A stretch of 64,000 bases of DNA, from assembly GCF_006345805.1 (NCBI RefSeq), contig NC_043001.1, forward strand, positions 72,106,001-72,170,000, in the 5' to 3' direction. The DNA comes from Octopus sinensis. Its lineage: Eukaryota. The position numbers and the translations under genes are program-made. Positions 48,508 to 61,961 of this stretch are shown in pieces. Position 1 is the stretch's first letter. Each line of letters opens with the position of its first letter. The notes under the pieces were generated by a model. The model was not told the origin of the DNA. It did no database searches and saw nothing but the letters and a program-made list of their open reading frames with translations.

Positions 48508-49121
48508 TTGAAGTGCTTTGCTTTGCCTTGGGTCCTCAATTCCTTGATGGGGTTATACAGGTAGTGTTGTGACATGCAGCATGTTTGGGGTATTTTTAGA
48601 CTTGGTGGACCCTGTTTCTCTTCATGTCTGTCCACAGCTGATTTCTTCCAAAAAGATTGACAGACACACTGACAGAAGGAAAGAATTTACCCCAATACAG
48701 AACTGGTATTTTGTATCTCAACCCTGAAAGGATTTGAACTTAGACAACTGGAATGTTTACCACAAAGCACTATATCTGACACTAATGAATCTGCTAGTTG
48801 ATCACCTTTAGTTGATGTGCAGTGATTTTTGTATAAATATTTACCATGCACATATTGTCTGCATTGTATAGCAGCCTGGTTAGAGAGTGTCATAACATTT
48901 CATACTCCATTATTTCAGTTAAAGATAGGTGAGGGTACTTTCACCCCCAACTGTTAAAGTACTCTGACTACAACTCCATGAGAAACTCAGTGAACATAAT
49001 AAAAGTGTATAGAGTGGTATGTGAGAATTAATATCAATGTCTTCTCTTTTTATTTTTATTTCTTTCGTCAAAAACAGTCCAATTTAGTTTTAAAAAGAAA
49101 CTGAAATTGGTTGAATTTCAG

Positions 49122-49204
49122 ATCTGGAGAATCGTGCCAATGAGAGAAAGCACTTAAAGATGGAAAGGGAAGCTCGGAAGAGAAGAGAAATGGAAGAAAA
49201 ATTG
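49122..49204 (+). CDS. CCDC191: CCDC191 exon 13, NLENRANERK...EMEEKL
   Basis: TTTCAG acceptor, GTAGAT donor; phase 1 to 0; resembles human AMEERAIQR...QEEEKL. Confidence 0.88.
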
Positions 49205-50107
49205 GTAGATCTATTTAAGTTGAATTTTTTCAATGCACATGTGTGCACACACATGCATGCACACACATGCATGCACACACATATGCACCAAATTCACTTA
49301 CAAGGCTTGGGGCTGTAGTATCAGACACTTGCCCAAAGTGCTACTATGTAGCACTGAACCTAAAATCAGGTGGTTTGGAAGTGAACTTCTCAACCACACA
49401 GACCATACCCACAATATCAGAAAAATTAAGAGTAGATTTTCCCCTTCTGGAAATATGCCAAGGGAATGTTAGAAACAATGATTTGGTCTTGCTCCCCAGT
49501 ATTTTGAATTCAAATCCTGCTGAAGTTGGCATAAGTAGCAGTAACATACTGGGATTGGTGGGTGCAGGCATGACAGTACAGTAACGAAGTTTGCTTCCTA
49601 ACCATGTGGTTTTGGGTTCAGTTCCATTGCGTGGCATCTTGGGCAAGTGTCTTGGGCCAATCAAAGCCTTGTGAGTGAATTTGGTAGATGGAAACTGAAA
49701 GAAGCCTGTCATGTATGTATATATATGTGTGTATGTGTGCTCATGCAATTATGTCTTCTTGTCTTGACGCCACATGATTGCTGTAAATAAGTGTCACTGT
49801 CATATAATCAGTGTCCTTCATTTCCTATATTCTGCAAAAACATGTCTGGCCATGGGAAAATTGATGACAGAAAGGGCATCCCATTGTAGAAAATCTACCT
49901 TAGTAAACTCTGTCCAACCCTCACTTTGCATGCTACTATTTATAGCTTTGTCTATTTTTGAGACCAACCATTCCAAACTGTTTATGATGAATATTTTATT
50001 TAATGTCTTCCACCTCCCACTCTGTTTATTGACATTGGACAAACACATCTTTGTAATGCTCCATCTGTTATTTACCCTAACATTAATCTTATTTTATATA
50101 TTGTCAG

Positions 50108-50209
50108 ATGATGGAGAAAAAATGTATAGAGGAGTGTATCAAGGCAGAAAAAGATGAGAGGAGAGCTCGCGTGAAAGCAATTGAACAGCAGAAACATTTA
50201 GAGGAACAG
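50108..50209 (+). CDS. CCDC191: CCDC191 exon 14, MMEKKCIEECIKAEKDERRAR...
   Basis: TGTCAG acceptor, GTATTT donor; 102 nt, phase 0 to 0; charged coiled-coil. Confidence 0.85.
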
Positions 50210-50765
50210 GTATTTCTATTTCATTCTTACTTCTATAGTGCTTGCTAGAAGGCTTTGCTTACAGGTGTTGCTGTGTGACTGTGGAGGCATATGGCCTAGT
50301 GGATAGGGTGTTGGGTACATGATTGTAAGATTATGGTTTTGATTCCTGGACAACGTGTTGTGTTCTTCAGAAAAACACTTCATTTCAAGTTGCTCCAGTC
50401 CACTCATCTGGCAAAAATTAGTAATCCTGCAATGGACCTACATCCCATTCAGGTGAGGAATTTATATACCATGGAAACTAGTAAACCAGCCTTTATGAGT
50501 CAGCATGACTCAAGAATGTAACTAGCTTTATGGCTGTGTGAATAAGTGTTATACTGTAGCCTTGAGTGAGGAATTTGGTTGACACAAACTGCACAAAAGG
50601 TTGTTGTATTTCTCCAATGATTGCTAGAAGACTGTACTTACAGGTATGGCTGTTTGATTAAGAAGTTTGCTTTGCAACCGTTTTGGCTCCTAGTTCAAGC
50701 CACAGTGTGGTACTTTGGTTAAATTCTCTTCCATAGCCTTTTGAGTGGAAATTGTGCAGATATAC

Positions 50766-51110
50766 ATCATCATCATCATCATCGTTTAACATCTACTTTC
50801 CATTCTAGCATGGGTTGGACGATTTGACTGGGGACTTGCGAATCAGATGGTTGCACCAGGTTCCAATCTGATCTGGCAGAGTTTCTACAGCTGGATGCCC
50901 TTCCTAATGCCAACCACTCCGAGAGTGTAGTGGGTGCTTTTACGTGCCACTGACACGAGGGCCAGTTAGGTGGTACTGGCAATGGCCATGCTCAAATGGT
51001 GTTTTTTACATGCCACCTGTACAGGAGCCAGTCCAGCGGCACTGGCAACGACCTCGCTGGAATATTTTTTCACTTGCCAGTAAGGTGACGCTGTTAAAGA
51101 TCATGCTCGA
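50766..51110 (-). mobile_element. Solo RTE 3'-UTR/tail copy, one of more than a dozen (e.g. about 7665, 14480, 26215, 28918, 46780, 51490, 55290, 55975, 59812, 60330)
   Basis: (CAT)nCGTTTAAC..GGATGCCCTTCCTAATGCCAACCACTCC matches the reverse complement of 33300-33480. Confidence 0.85.
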
Positions 51111-54100
51111 CACATATAGATAATCATCATCATTGTCACTGTCATTTTATATTTATATTTCTATGCTGGCATGAGTTAAACTGAGCCAGTTCTTATTCAG
51201 AGTTACTACCTTCTTATGTGTTTGTGTGTATACTGATGCATTAAAATATTTATAAATTCCATCCATGGATTATTATTATTATTACTACATTTATCGTACA
51301 TTATATTGGCACAGCTCGGTGCAACGCCATAAAATTGCTATTGCAAATTGATATCATTAGGTTGTAGCTGATATATTAAAATAGGAGCTTTTAAATGCCT
51401 ATTCAAAAACGTTTCCTGTTAATGAACTTAAAGAATACAAACATGTATATGTATATAGTGACACATAAAAAATACGTTCCGAGTGTTAGGTCTCACAGAG
51501 GTAAAGTGGCTGAGCTCCTTTCAAGTGTTCAGCTTCATGGAGGCAATGACCAAGACCTTTGGCATTATATCATGTTTGAGAAGACCCATCAAGCCAAGCA
51601 AAACTGTAGTCATGGCAGATACCAGTGTCATGCAAATAGCACCCATGCTGGTGCCACATAAAGCACCCATTATACTCTTGGAGTGGTTGACTGTAGAAAC
51701 CATGCCAAATCAGACTGGAGTCTGGTGCAGCCTTCCGGCTTGCCAGCCCTGGTCAAACCATCCAACCCATGCCAACATGGACAATGGACATTAAATGATT
51801 ATGATGATGATAATAAAGTGTGAGAAAGAGAGAGAGAGATGGAACGTAAGAGAGACTTCCATGTATATGTATATTTTTTGCATATTTGTAAAAAAAATAT
51901 CAATGCAAAAAAAAAAACAAAGCAAAAGTAAAAAATGGCATTTCACACTGTGTTAGAGACACTTTCTTGTAACTTTCACATTAGAAATAATGTATAAACA
52001 ATGATTGGTCTATTGAAAACATGTAAGTAATGATGTCATTATTGACTGATTGTGATGTATTAATTAACTAAATATAAATATATAAATAAATTAAACTCCA
52101 CAGGTAATAGGTCAGATAGAACTTACAAATAGATCTTTATCCTATATATATAGTCAGCTTGATAGAGCTTGCCAGTTCACCCTACTCTAAGTTGTACCCT
52201 ACAAATAGTTGACTTGACACACCTTACTAATACACCCTCCTCTAGATTATACCTCACAGTTAGACAGCCTGACAGACTTTAGTGGCTTGCTCTTCCCCAA
52301 GCTCTATACTAACCACAGTGGTAACATGTACTCAGCACTGTATATTAACAAAGCTCTCTTTAAGTTTACAGTGCTGCCAATATTTACAGCTGTGAATTGT
52401 TCCTATGTGCTGCATTTTGCAGCATGGCATTGTATAAGACACACCTTGATTTTGCCACCATGGGTAATATCAGGAAATATATTATACATAAAATAATTGT
52501 AATTTAACTTTTTATCAAATTTCTAGGTGCTTATACAAAATAAAATGAAAACTAATTTCCAAAAGAAAAATATTTATTATCTTAAAATTAAAATTGAACC
52601 AATCTCTCAATTGTATAACCATAACTACTCTTGCTCTCACGTATCCCCTCTCTTTCTGCTACAAACCTTAGTATGTACATTCATCTTGTATCTCTAAATG
52701 TATTTCTCTCTGTATCTCTCTTTGACTTTCTTTCTCCCCTCTCTCTAAAAAATTTAAAGTATGACTAATCAACTAACCAAGATGTATATCAGCTATTACT
52801 CTATGTAACATGAATTTTGTCATTGGGTAGCAACTGTTATTATCTATTTGCTTACCACTGGAAAGCATGTAAAATGGATTATATTTCCTTCAAACTTTGC
52901 TTTTGTTACATTTATTCAAACCCCAAAGAATTCCTCTCATCACATGACTAGCATGCTCCCCAACTACTACTGGTCACAATCAGAGATGCACATATTGTCA
53001 GCCACTAAGGGACATGCTCAAGTGGTTATGGTTAAGCAACTGACAAGCAAATCTGTGGTATTGAGCAGAATATTTGCTATTATGATATTTCTGCTTCAGC
53101 AACTCAGTGATGAATCTGTCTGAAATATAATGGAAAATAGGTCAGTTTCATAACAGTCATGTCTGAGTAACACAAGCAAAGTTTGAAGGGAATAGTAGTC
53201 ATTTCTTTTGATTTCTAGATAGAAGCAAATAGGAAATAACACTTACTGACCAAAGACAAACAAAAATTACAATTTTGTTACATAGTCTTATATATAGAAG
53301 GATATCCACCTTACATGCTGGTATGCAGTGCATGGTCTGACATGGTTGTTAGGTGTTAGATGACTATGTTGTGTTCCATTGCCTCAATTTCAACATGGTT
53401 ACTTTGGCTTGATGCCCTCTCTATTGCCAACTACCCTACAAGGTATGCTGGATACTTTATTCATTACACCAGCCTTAGTGAGGTTGTTTTGTAATTAGCA
53501 ACACTAAAGAATTACATCAATGTAAGGAGAAATTCATTGTAAACTAATATAATATTGTGTTACAACTAAACTGATGCTAATTAATTAGAGGCACACTAAG
53601 CAATGTTGACTAAAATATAGGTGTGCACAATCAGATTTACCATGTTCATGTACTCTCAAACATAGAAAAACATATACTGCAGAAAGTGTTTCAAGAGAAA
53701 AAAAATATCTTCTTATAGACAATATGAAGAAAACATACCATTGGGCCATATGATGCATGTATTTCTGCATCTTTGCATGTTGTCAGCTATGGATACCAAG
53801 TTGTTACTCATATCCATCAGAAGCTTTGTCAAATTGGAATTAACTAATTAGAGGCATGCTAAACAGGTTTAAATGAAATATGATTGTACACACTTATATA
53901 AAATGATGTTATTGATTTACTTGACCAGATAAAAAATGAGTTAATTTTTAATCTGTAAAATATCACTTGAAGAGCATAAATTAGCTGATAAAATGTTACA
54001 GTAAATAAATACCAAACCACATATCTCTCACTTTTGAGTTTTCTGAGTATAATTAGTGCTTATAATGTCTGTTAACACCGCTATTTAAACAATTTTAGCA

Positions 54101-54426
54101 GTTAATTTATAATTTCATTCCTGGTATTATTCCTTATTACAAACATTGAACTAAAGTGAGACATATTGCATTGTGCACTAGTAAAATTAACCTATCCTAC
54201 TATCACTAAGTGACTGAGGAATTATTTTCTGGAGAAAAGCTGACACATTTTAAATAGTTTAATATCTAATTTAATGGAATAGAATGAAGAGCTTTGTTGT
54301 ATCATCCATAATGCAGCATGAGTGCCATCAATGGCCTCTTTTCTCTCTCTGTTTCAAACTCATGCTTATATTATTCATCACTTGATGAGATTTGGTCTTT
54401 TTATTTTTTTATTTTATTATTATTAC

Positions 54427-54985
54427 AATGGTGAACTGGCAGAATTGTTAAAGCATTAACAAAAAGGCATTGCAGTATTTGTTCTGGCTCTTTCTTTTCT
54501 AAGTTCATATTTTGCTGAGGTTAATTTTGCTTTCGAGGTTGATAAAATAAAATATTAGTCAAGTACTTATCAATGTAATTAACTACCCCACTCCCTTTCG
54601 TGTCAAAATTTGAAACCATTTCCGCCAGGGTTAACTTTGACTTTCTTCCCTTTGGGTTGATAAATTAAATACCAGTGAAACACTGGGGTTGATGTAAGCA
54701 ACTAATCCCCTCCTGCAAAATTTCAGGCCTTGTGCCTTTAGTAGAAAGGATTATTATTATTATTATTGAGGTAGTGAGCTGACAAGATCATTAGCATGCT
54801 GAGCAAAATGTTTAGTGGTATTTCATCTGTCTTCATGTTCTGAGTTCAAATTCCATAACAGTCAACTTTGCTTTTCTTCCTTCCAGGGTCAATAATGTAA
54901 GTACTAGTTGCACATTGGGGTTGTTGTAACTGACTTACCCATTCCCTTGAAAATTGCTGGCTTTGTGCTAAAATTTGAAGCCATT
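54427..54985 (+). mobile_element. Three tandem SINE family C copies just upstream of exon 15
   Basis: Repeated AACTTTG..TTTC..GTTGATAAA..TACCAG..AAAATTTGAAACC blocks. Confidence 0.7.
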
Positions 54986-55023
54986 GTTGTTGTTGTTTCC
55001 TTATATTATGTTGGACATTTCAG

Positions 55024-55202
55024 AGAAAAGCTGAGCAAGAACAGAGAATGAAAGAGTTGGAAGAATTAAACTCAAAAGCTGATGATTTCTATAGACTATA
55101 TTTGTTGAAAATATATGGAGTTTTACCTTGGAAGGAGTTTATAGCCAAGATACATAACACTGAATCTAAAGCTATTGAAATGGACAAATGTAGAATTCAG
55201 AA
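55024..55202 (+). CDS. CCDC191: CCDC191 exon 15, RKAEQEQRM...YGVLPWKEF...
   Basis: TTTCAG acceptor, GTAAGT donor; phase 0 to 2; conserved GxxPWK. Confidence 0.92.
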
Positions 55203-56583
55203 GTAAGTATTCTTTTGACAACCTAACAAAGCTCATCATATAAGTTCATGCGTTGTTTTGGGTTCAGACCTTTTTCTTATTTCTTCAAAGCAAGGCCCTG
55301 CTAGTGCTGCCAGAAAAAACACATCTCATCATGGCACAGTGACACATAAAAGCACCCATGCTGGTGATGTATAGGGTACCTATGCCTGTGACACATAAAA
55401 GACTGGTTGGCATTAGGAATGGTATCCAACCAGAGAAACTAAGCCAAAACAGGTGACTGAAGCCTGCTGCAGCTCTCCAGCTTACCAATTCCACTCAAAC
55501 TGTCTAAGCTATGCCAGCATGGAAAATGGACATTAAATAATAATAATGATGATGATGTTGACAACACTGCTGCCATTGCAAATGCTGCCATTGAGGGTGA
55601 CAAATTATATTAATAAATTATATTTATATGAGCTCAAATTTCTTTAGGCTTTTTTTACCCTATAGAATTAGCTTCTTTTAGATAACATTGACATAAAATA
55701 AAGATAGAGTGCCACTACCTATATATATATAGACTTCTGTCAGACATAGATAAAATATAGATAGATTATTGTCTAACATAATTGAAGTAGAAAGACTATA
55801 GAACACTATCTAACATAATCAATTTAAATAAAAACTTGGTTAACATAGATAGAATATAGACTAGTGTACCACTGTCAAACATAGTCAGGTATTTAGTTAG
55901 AATATAGATAATCTTTTGTACCATTAACTATCAATATAGAAAGATTATAGAACCACTACTACCATCAACATTGTCATCATCACCAATTAATATCCATGTT
56001 CAGTGCTGACACAGGTTGGACAGTTTGACAGGACTTGATGGGCCCAAAGGACTGACTGCATTGTGCTCTTGTGTTTTGCATGGTTTCTATGGTTGGATGC
56101 CCTTCTTAGCACCAAACATTTTACAGCATGTAAAGGATGCTTTTTTCATGACACTAGTACTATTGAGGTCACCATGCAGCTTGCAAAACTATGAACTTCA
56201 AGTGCGTTTTTATGTATATTTAAACAATACAAACACACACACACACATCACACATCCTAGGAGACATGTGGCTCAGTGGTTAGAGCATCAAGCTTACAAA
56301 TGTGAGGATTCCTGGACTTGACCGTGTGTTGTGTTTTTGAGCAAAATGCTTTATTTCACATTGCTCAAGTCAACTCAGCTGTAGGAATGAGTTGTGACAT
56401 CCCTGGTACCAAGCTGTATTTGCCTTTGCCTTTCCCTTGGACAACATTGGTGGTGTGGAGAAGGGAGGCTGGTATGCATGGGTGACTTCTGGTCTTCCAT
56501 AAGATATATATATATATATATATGCATAGACATACATAAATACATACATACATATATATATAAATATATATATGTATGTATAT

Positions 56584-57278
56584 ATATATGTTATTTAGCG
56601 ATAGAAGTCCCCATGCAATTCATCAAATCCTAATATACATCACACCATATCATAGAATTTTATTTTAATACTTACTATTTCAGTTCCAAATTTCTCTTCT
56701 ACATGTGTTTCATGAGGTGTGTTTAACGTTCCCTAGACACTCAGTCTTTTACAGGAACATGTCTTAACTGCAACCCCAATCATCAGGACTCTTCATAACT
56801 TTTTTATAATTCAATAACTATTTCTATATTTTAATATTTTAACAGTTACAAATGTGACTAACAGACAAATATGTGTGTGTGCAAATAAATTTGCCAAGCA
56901 TTTGAATTTAGTTTTGTAAATTTTTAATTTTTAATCAATTAAATTATGGTTTGCACAGCAATGTTCAGTGAATTTATTTGCACACACGCATATTTGTCTG
57001 TTAGTTACATTCGTAACTGTTAAAATATTAAAATATAGAAATAGTTATTGAGTTATAAAAAAGTTATGAAGAGTCCTGATGATTGGGGTTGCAGTTAAGA
57101 CATGTTCCTGTAAAAGACTGAGTGTCTAGGGAACATTAAACACACCTCATGAAACACATGTAGAAGAGAAATTTGGAACTGAAATAGTAAGTATTAAAAT
57201 AAAATTCTATGATATGGTGTGATGTATATTAGGATTTGATGAATTGCATGGGGACTTCTATCGCTAAATAACATATAT
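56584..57278. repeat. Long foldback: 308-bp inverted arms, 79-bp spacer
   Basis: 56584-56891 is the reverse complement of 56971-57278; I count 5 mismatches by eye, all transitions. Confidence 0.93.
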
Positions 57279-58499
57279 TTCCTTATCGAGAATAATTCAA
57301 TATATTTGAATCCCTGACGCCGGAATTTTTTATTCCCTAATAAATAAAATAATCTAATATATGTGGATAAATATATATATTTTTTTTATATATATATATA
57401 TATAGGAAAAATAGAAGTTGAAAATGCATTGAGAATAGCTAAAATATCTTTTATTAATATATTTGAAGCGTTAACCAGTTTCACAGTTTACACTGATTTC
57501 AAGAAGTTCAAATAGAAAGACATAGCTTATGTCGCAAATCCTTTTCAAAATATATACTTATTTAAGCCATGAATTCCCTATAAAAACAGGACAAACTTCA
57601 AACACTACTCAGAGCACCACCTTTAGTCGAGCAAATTGACTCCAAAACTTATTCTTTGTAAACCTAGTACTTATTCTATCAATCTCTTTTGTCGAACCGT
57701 TACGGCGACATAAACACACCAGCATCGGTTGTCAAGTGATGTTGGGAGGGGTTGGGGAGAAATACAGACACACACACACATATATATATGATGGGCTTCT
57801 TTCAGTTTCCGTCCACCAAATCCACTCACAAGGCTATAGTAAAAGACACATGCCCAAGGTGCCACGCAGAGGGACTGAACCCGGAACAATGTGGTTGGTA
57901 AGCAAGCTACTTACCACACAACCACTCCTGCATATAGTTTTTTTCCATATATGTAAATTACATAATCTACATAACCTAAAAGACAACAATAAAGTGAAGC
58001 TGTATGTACTGATATGTATCTGTATTGATCGACAAATATATACATACATACAAGTCCACACTGACATAGCCATATATATATGTGTGTGTGTCTGTGTGTT
58101 TGTACATAATACATACATGCACACACACACACACGCGCGCACGCACATCATTTTGTGTTTACTTTCCACACTGGTATGGGTTGGACAGGTCATCACAGTC
58201 CAATTTAGTTCTTATTTCGAGGAGTTACTGCCTCCTTAAATGAATCAGAGTATCATGTACCATTCATATCCTTCGGTTTTTTTTTTGTTTATTTTTCACT
58301 TGATTTCCATGGCTGAATGACCATCCTAACACAAACTACTTTACAGAATGTACAAGGTGTGTTTTTTCATGGCACTAACATTAGGGAGGTTATGTTACAC
58401 TGATACAATAATACACGAGATAGAAGAGAGGGTAAGTGATAGATAAGATGGAGAGAGAGAGAAGTGAGTGTAAAGAAAAAGTGATTTCTCTCTCTCTAT

Positions 58500-58790
58500 C
58501 CGCTCAGTTGAAGTTGACACTTGGTTATTCAATGGATCAGTGTTCTCCAGCCAGTTCTATCCTGGGTCACTTCTTTCAGATTGACTATGGCCATTCTCGT
58601 GTCACTCTTGATGGTGTCAAGCCAGCGGGTTCTTGGTCGACCTCTTCCTCTCTTGCCACTGACCATTCCAAGCATGATGTCCTCCAGGGATTTTATCCGC
58701 ATAATATGATCAAAATATGCCAATCTATGCTTGGTGATCCTAGCTTTCAGCGATAGTTTTGGCTTGATCCAGTTAAGAACTTTTCCATTG
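58500..58790 (-). mobile_element. BovB/RTE-like LINE 3' fragment
   Basis: ORF 58529(-) reads YFDHIMR..GKRGRGRPRTRWLD..DRTGWR. Confidence 0.78.
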
Positions 58791-59139
58791 GTGAGCCTCG
58801 CTGTTCATGTAATCTGTAAAATGATTTAATAATAAGCATATTACAAGAGATGAAACTGTCTGTGAACTGTGGTCCATTCTATACTTTGGAAATATGTGTT
58901 TTATCACCCACTTCCTGTGATAAAACACACATTTCCAAAATATAGAATGGACCAAAGTTCACTGACAGTTTCATCTATTCAGGGATAAACATATGATCTA
59001 TACCATCATAGCAGCGTGTAATTATCAGGATCATCATTTGTAGCCATGGCAAAGTTTACCAAAGAGACAGTAATCCAATATCTTAGATTTTGGTTAAATT
59101 AATTAATAATTATTGATCACTTTACTAATTTATTTTCAG

Positions 59140-59257
59140 AAACGTTTTAATGAGCTGGCACAACCATGTCCAAAAATTAATCAATGAGAAAACCAACTCT
59201 GCTGACATCTTCTATGAAAAAGCGTTAGTCAGGCGTCACTTCATCTGTTGGAAGAAT
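59140..59257 (+). CDS. CCDC191: CCDC191 exon 16, NVLMSWHNH...ADIFY...FICWKN
   Basis: TTTCAG acceptor, GTAAGT donor; phase 2 to 0; resembles human MLTW...ADQFY...IQSW. Confidence 0.9.
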
Positions 59258-60873
59258 GTAAGTGTTTTGCATTGAAAAGTTAATTTTTAAAGAGATTTAT
59301 GAGTTAAAAAACAGAGGTTTTTTTCTGAGATAAAATATTACAAATAATGCTGTTCCACATTTGATTATACATCATAAGAACCAAAACCATCTGGTTCCAA
59401 AGCAAACTTCTTAACCATACAGCCACACACACCCACACTGGTATGTGTCTCTATATGTGTGTTAGTGTGTGTATATATATATATATATATATCTTTTAAA
59501 TTTGTTTATGATAACGTTTAAAATATGCAAATAAACTTCCTACTCCATTATTTCAGCCACCATCTAATTATATTATCTAGTGAGCCAGTTTTTCAGCAGG
59601 GTTGCATCATTATACCGATATAATGTAGGATAAATATAATAATAATGACAATAATCCTAGGATGGAATTCATAAATATTAATGCATCAGTACATATGTTT
59701 CCACAAATCACATGACTCTTAAAAGTCATGTGATTTGTGGAAACTCATGTAGCCAATGCATTAAATATATATAAATACCATCCTAGGGTTATTGTTATTA
59801 TATTATATATCATCATCATTTAACATATGTTTTCCATACTGGTATGGGTTGGATGGTTTGAGTAGTGTTGGTAAGTCCGGAGGCCACACCAGACTCCATC
59901 ATCTGTTCTAGCATGGTGTCTACAGCTGGTTACCCTTCCTAACACCAATCACTCCACAGAATGTACTAAGTGCTTTTTATATGACACCAGTGCATTTAAT
60001 ATGGCACCAATATGAGTGCTTTTTATGTGGCACCAACACCAATATCAATTCCACATTCTTTAACAGTTTAAAACCTACTTTTCCATGCTTCAGTGGGTCA
60101 GATTGAATTTGTTGTGGCAGATTTTCTATGCTATGATCAGACACCATTTTTTCCACCTGTTTTCAAGCAAGATAATATTTCTTCTTGGTCAGGCATATTT
60201 TTTACAGAAGACTGGAAATGAACACCATCACTTGTATAAGTGATGTTCATTCACAGACTTCACATAATATCAAGACAAGGGTACACACAAATACATGCCC
60301 ACACTTACACACACACACACACATATATGAAATCATGGTCATAGCCAGTGCTGATGATATGTGAAAGGTACCCATGCTGGTAACACATGAGAGGCACTTG
60401 TGCCAGTGACATGTAAAAGGTACTTGGGCCAGTAACACATAAAAGACACTTATGCTGGTGAAACATAAAAAATACCCAGTACACTCTATGGAGTGGTCTG
60501 TGTTAAGAAGGGCATCCAGCCATAGAAACCAAGCCAAAACAGACTGGAACCTGGTGCAGCTCTCCTGCTTACCAGTTCCAGTCAAATCCTCTTACATATT
60601 CCAGCATAGAAAATGGATGCTAAATGATGATGAGGATGATATATATATATACAACAAACTTCTTTCAGTTTCTGTCTACCAAATCCACCTGCAAGGCTTT
60701 GTCTATTCCGATCATTTTAGTAGAAGGCACTTGCCAAAGGTGGTGTGTGGTGGAACTGAACCCAAAACCACCTGGTTGCAAAGCAAGCTTCTTAACTATA
60801 CAGCCACACACACACACACATACAAAAATTATCTGGTTTAAAGAAGAATAAACCAAAACGTTATTTTATGCAG

Positions 60874-61028
60874 CATAAGAATTACCAACTTGCCTTAGAG
60901 AAGAAAGCGAAAAAGTATTTTGCAAGCAATCTCTGCCGTACAGTCTTCAATGCTTGGGTGACTTATGCAAATGAACAAACTATTGCATCATGGGAACAAG
61001 AAGAAATTGCCCAAAAGTTTTATCTCAC
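60874..61028 (+). CDS. CCDC191: CCDC191 exon 17, HKNYQL...VFNAWV...EIAQKFYL
   Basis: ATGCAG acceptor, GTAAGT donor; phase 0 to 2; resembles human IFRAWF...HEIA. Confidence 0.9.
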
Positions 61029-61641
61029 GTAAGTTTATTAATTTCTTTATTCATCTCTTATCGTTTGGAATGAATAATGAGACAGAAACTGGTAGGAATT
61101 CATTTGTTACCATGTAGAGGCACATGGCTCAGCGGTTAGGTTGTTGTGATCATGATTATGGGTTTGATTCCAGGACTGGAGAATGCATTTTGTTGTTGAG
61201 TGAAACTCTTCATTTCATGTTGCTCCTGTCCACTCAGCTGGCAAAATTACGTAATCCTGTGATGGCTGCCCACCTGCCCAGGTAGGAAATATATACACCA
61301 CAGAATCCAGAACACCAGCTTTGTGAGCCTATGCATCAGGAAGGACCTTTGATCCTTTTGTTGCAATATCAGAGTACCAATCATATTATTAGATGTCTTA
61401 CACCATTGGTCACAATGCATTTTCTCACATTGTTTTACTTCTCAAATGATGCCACCCTACTGGTTAGGCAAGCAGGCTGACATTACGCTCAAATAGAATA
61501 CCAGTCTTTTGTGGGGTTACCCGTTTACAGCTAAGTGAACTGAAGCAATGTGAAATAAAGTGGTTTGCTCAAGAACACAATGCACCACTGGTCTGGGAAT
61601 TGAAACCACATTTGCAAGATCATGATTGCAACACCCTAACC

Positions 61642-61961
61642 TAGTGATTCTCAACAATTTTTTGTCTGTGAACCCCTATGATTATTATTTTATTCTGGTG
61701 GACCCCCCCCATAGCCATTTGATGTTTAAAATCTAGTTTTATAGATACTCCTTCTGAAATTCCTATTTTGTTTTTCACACATTGTGTAGGTTGAACTATG
61801 TAAAATTATTAGAAAGAGAAACCTACCTGTTTCTTACAATAAATACATTTGAAGTAAACTTTTTCCATGGATCTTTAATATACTACTGTGGGTCCCCAAT
61901 TTACTATTTTGTTTGCAAGGATCCCCAAAAATCTTATTTGGACCCTGTCTGAGAACCACTG
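61642..61961. mobile_element. hAT-type MITE inserted into a SINE head
   Basis: Perfect 8-bp TSD CCCTAACC (61634-61641, 61962-61969); TIRs TAGTGATTCTCA / TGAGAACCACTG. Confidence 0.88.

Larger units (their letters stand above)
1..61028 (+). other. CCDC191: Multi-exon gene, coiled-coil domain-containing protein 191 orthologue (5' and 3' ends not in window)
   Basis: 17 exons with AG/GT boundaries and matching phases give one open frame. Peptides recall human CCDC191: EDLLNDW (ELVNDW), DPSVKMELRRQQVKENRLKRE (DPRLTMEMRHKQVKENRLRRE), ALADWKLLLRHWNAW (TLSDWKIQLKVLRAW), YGVLPWK (KGLEPWK). Homology is from memory, not a search. Confidence 0.9.

Noticed and set aside
55700-55960. Faint short-period repeat (AACATAG..ATATAGA)
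   Set aside because: Too degenerate to define a unit by eye
2193-60856. Numerous 60-130 aa ORFs rich in YI/CV/HT dipeptides or SINE/UTR-derived sequence
   Set aside because: Translations of (TA)n/(TG)n/(CA)n tracts and of repeated SINE or LINE-UTR sequence
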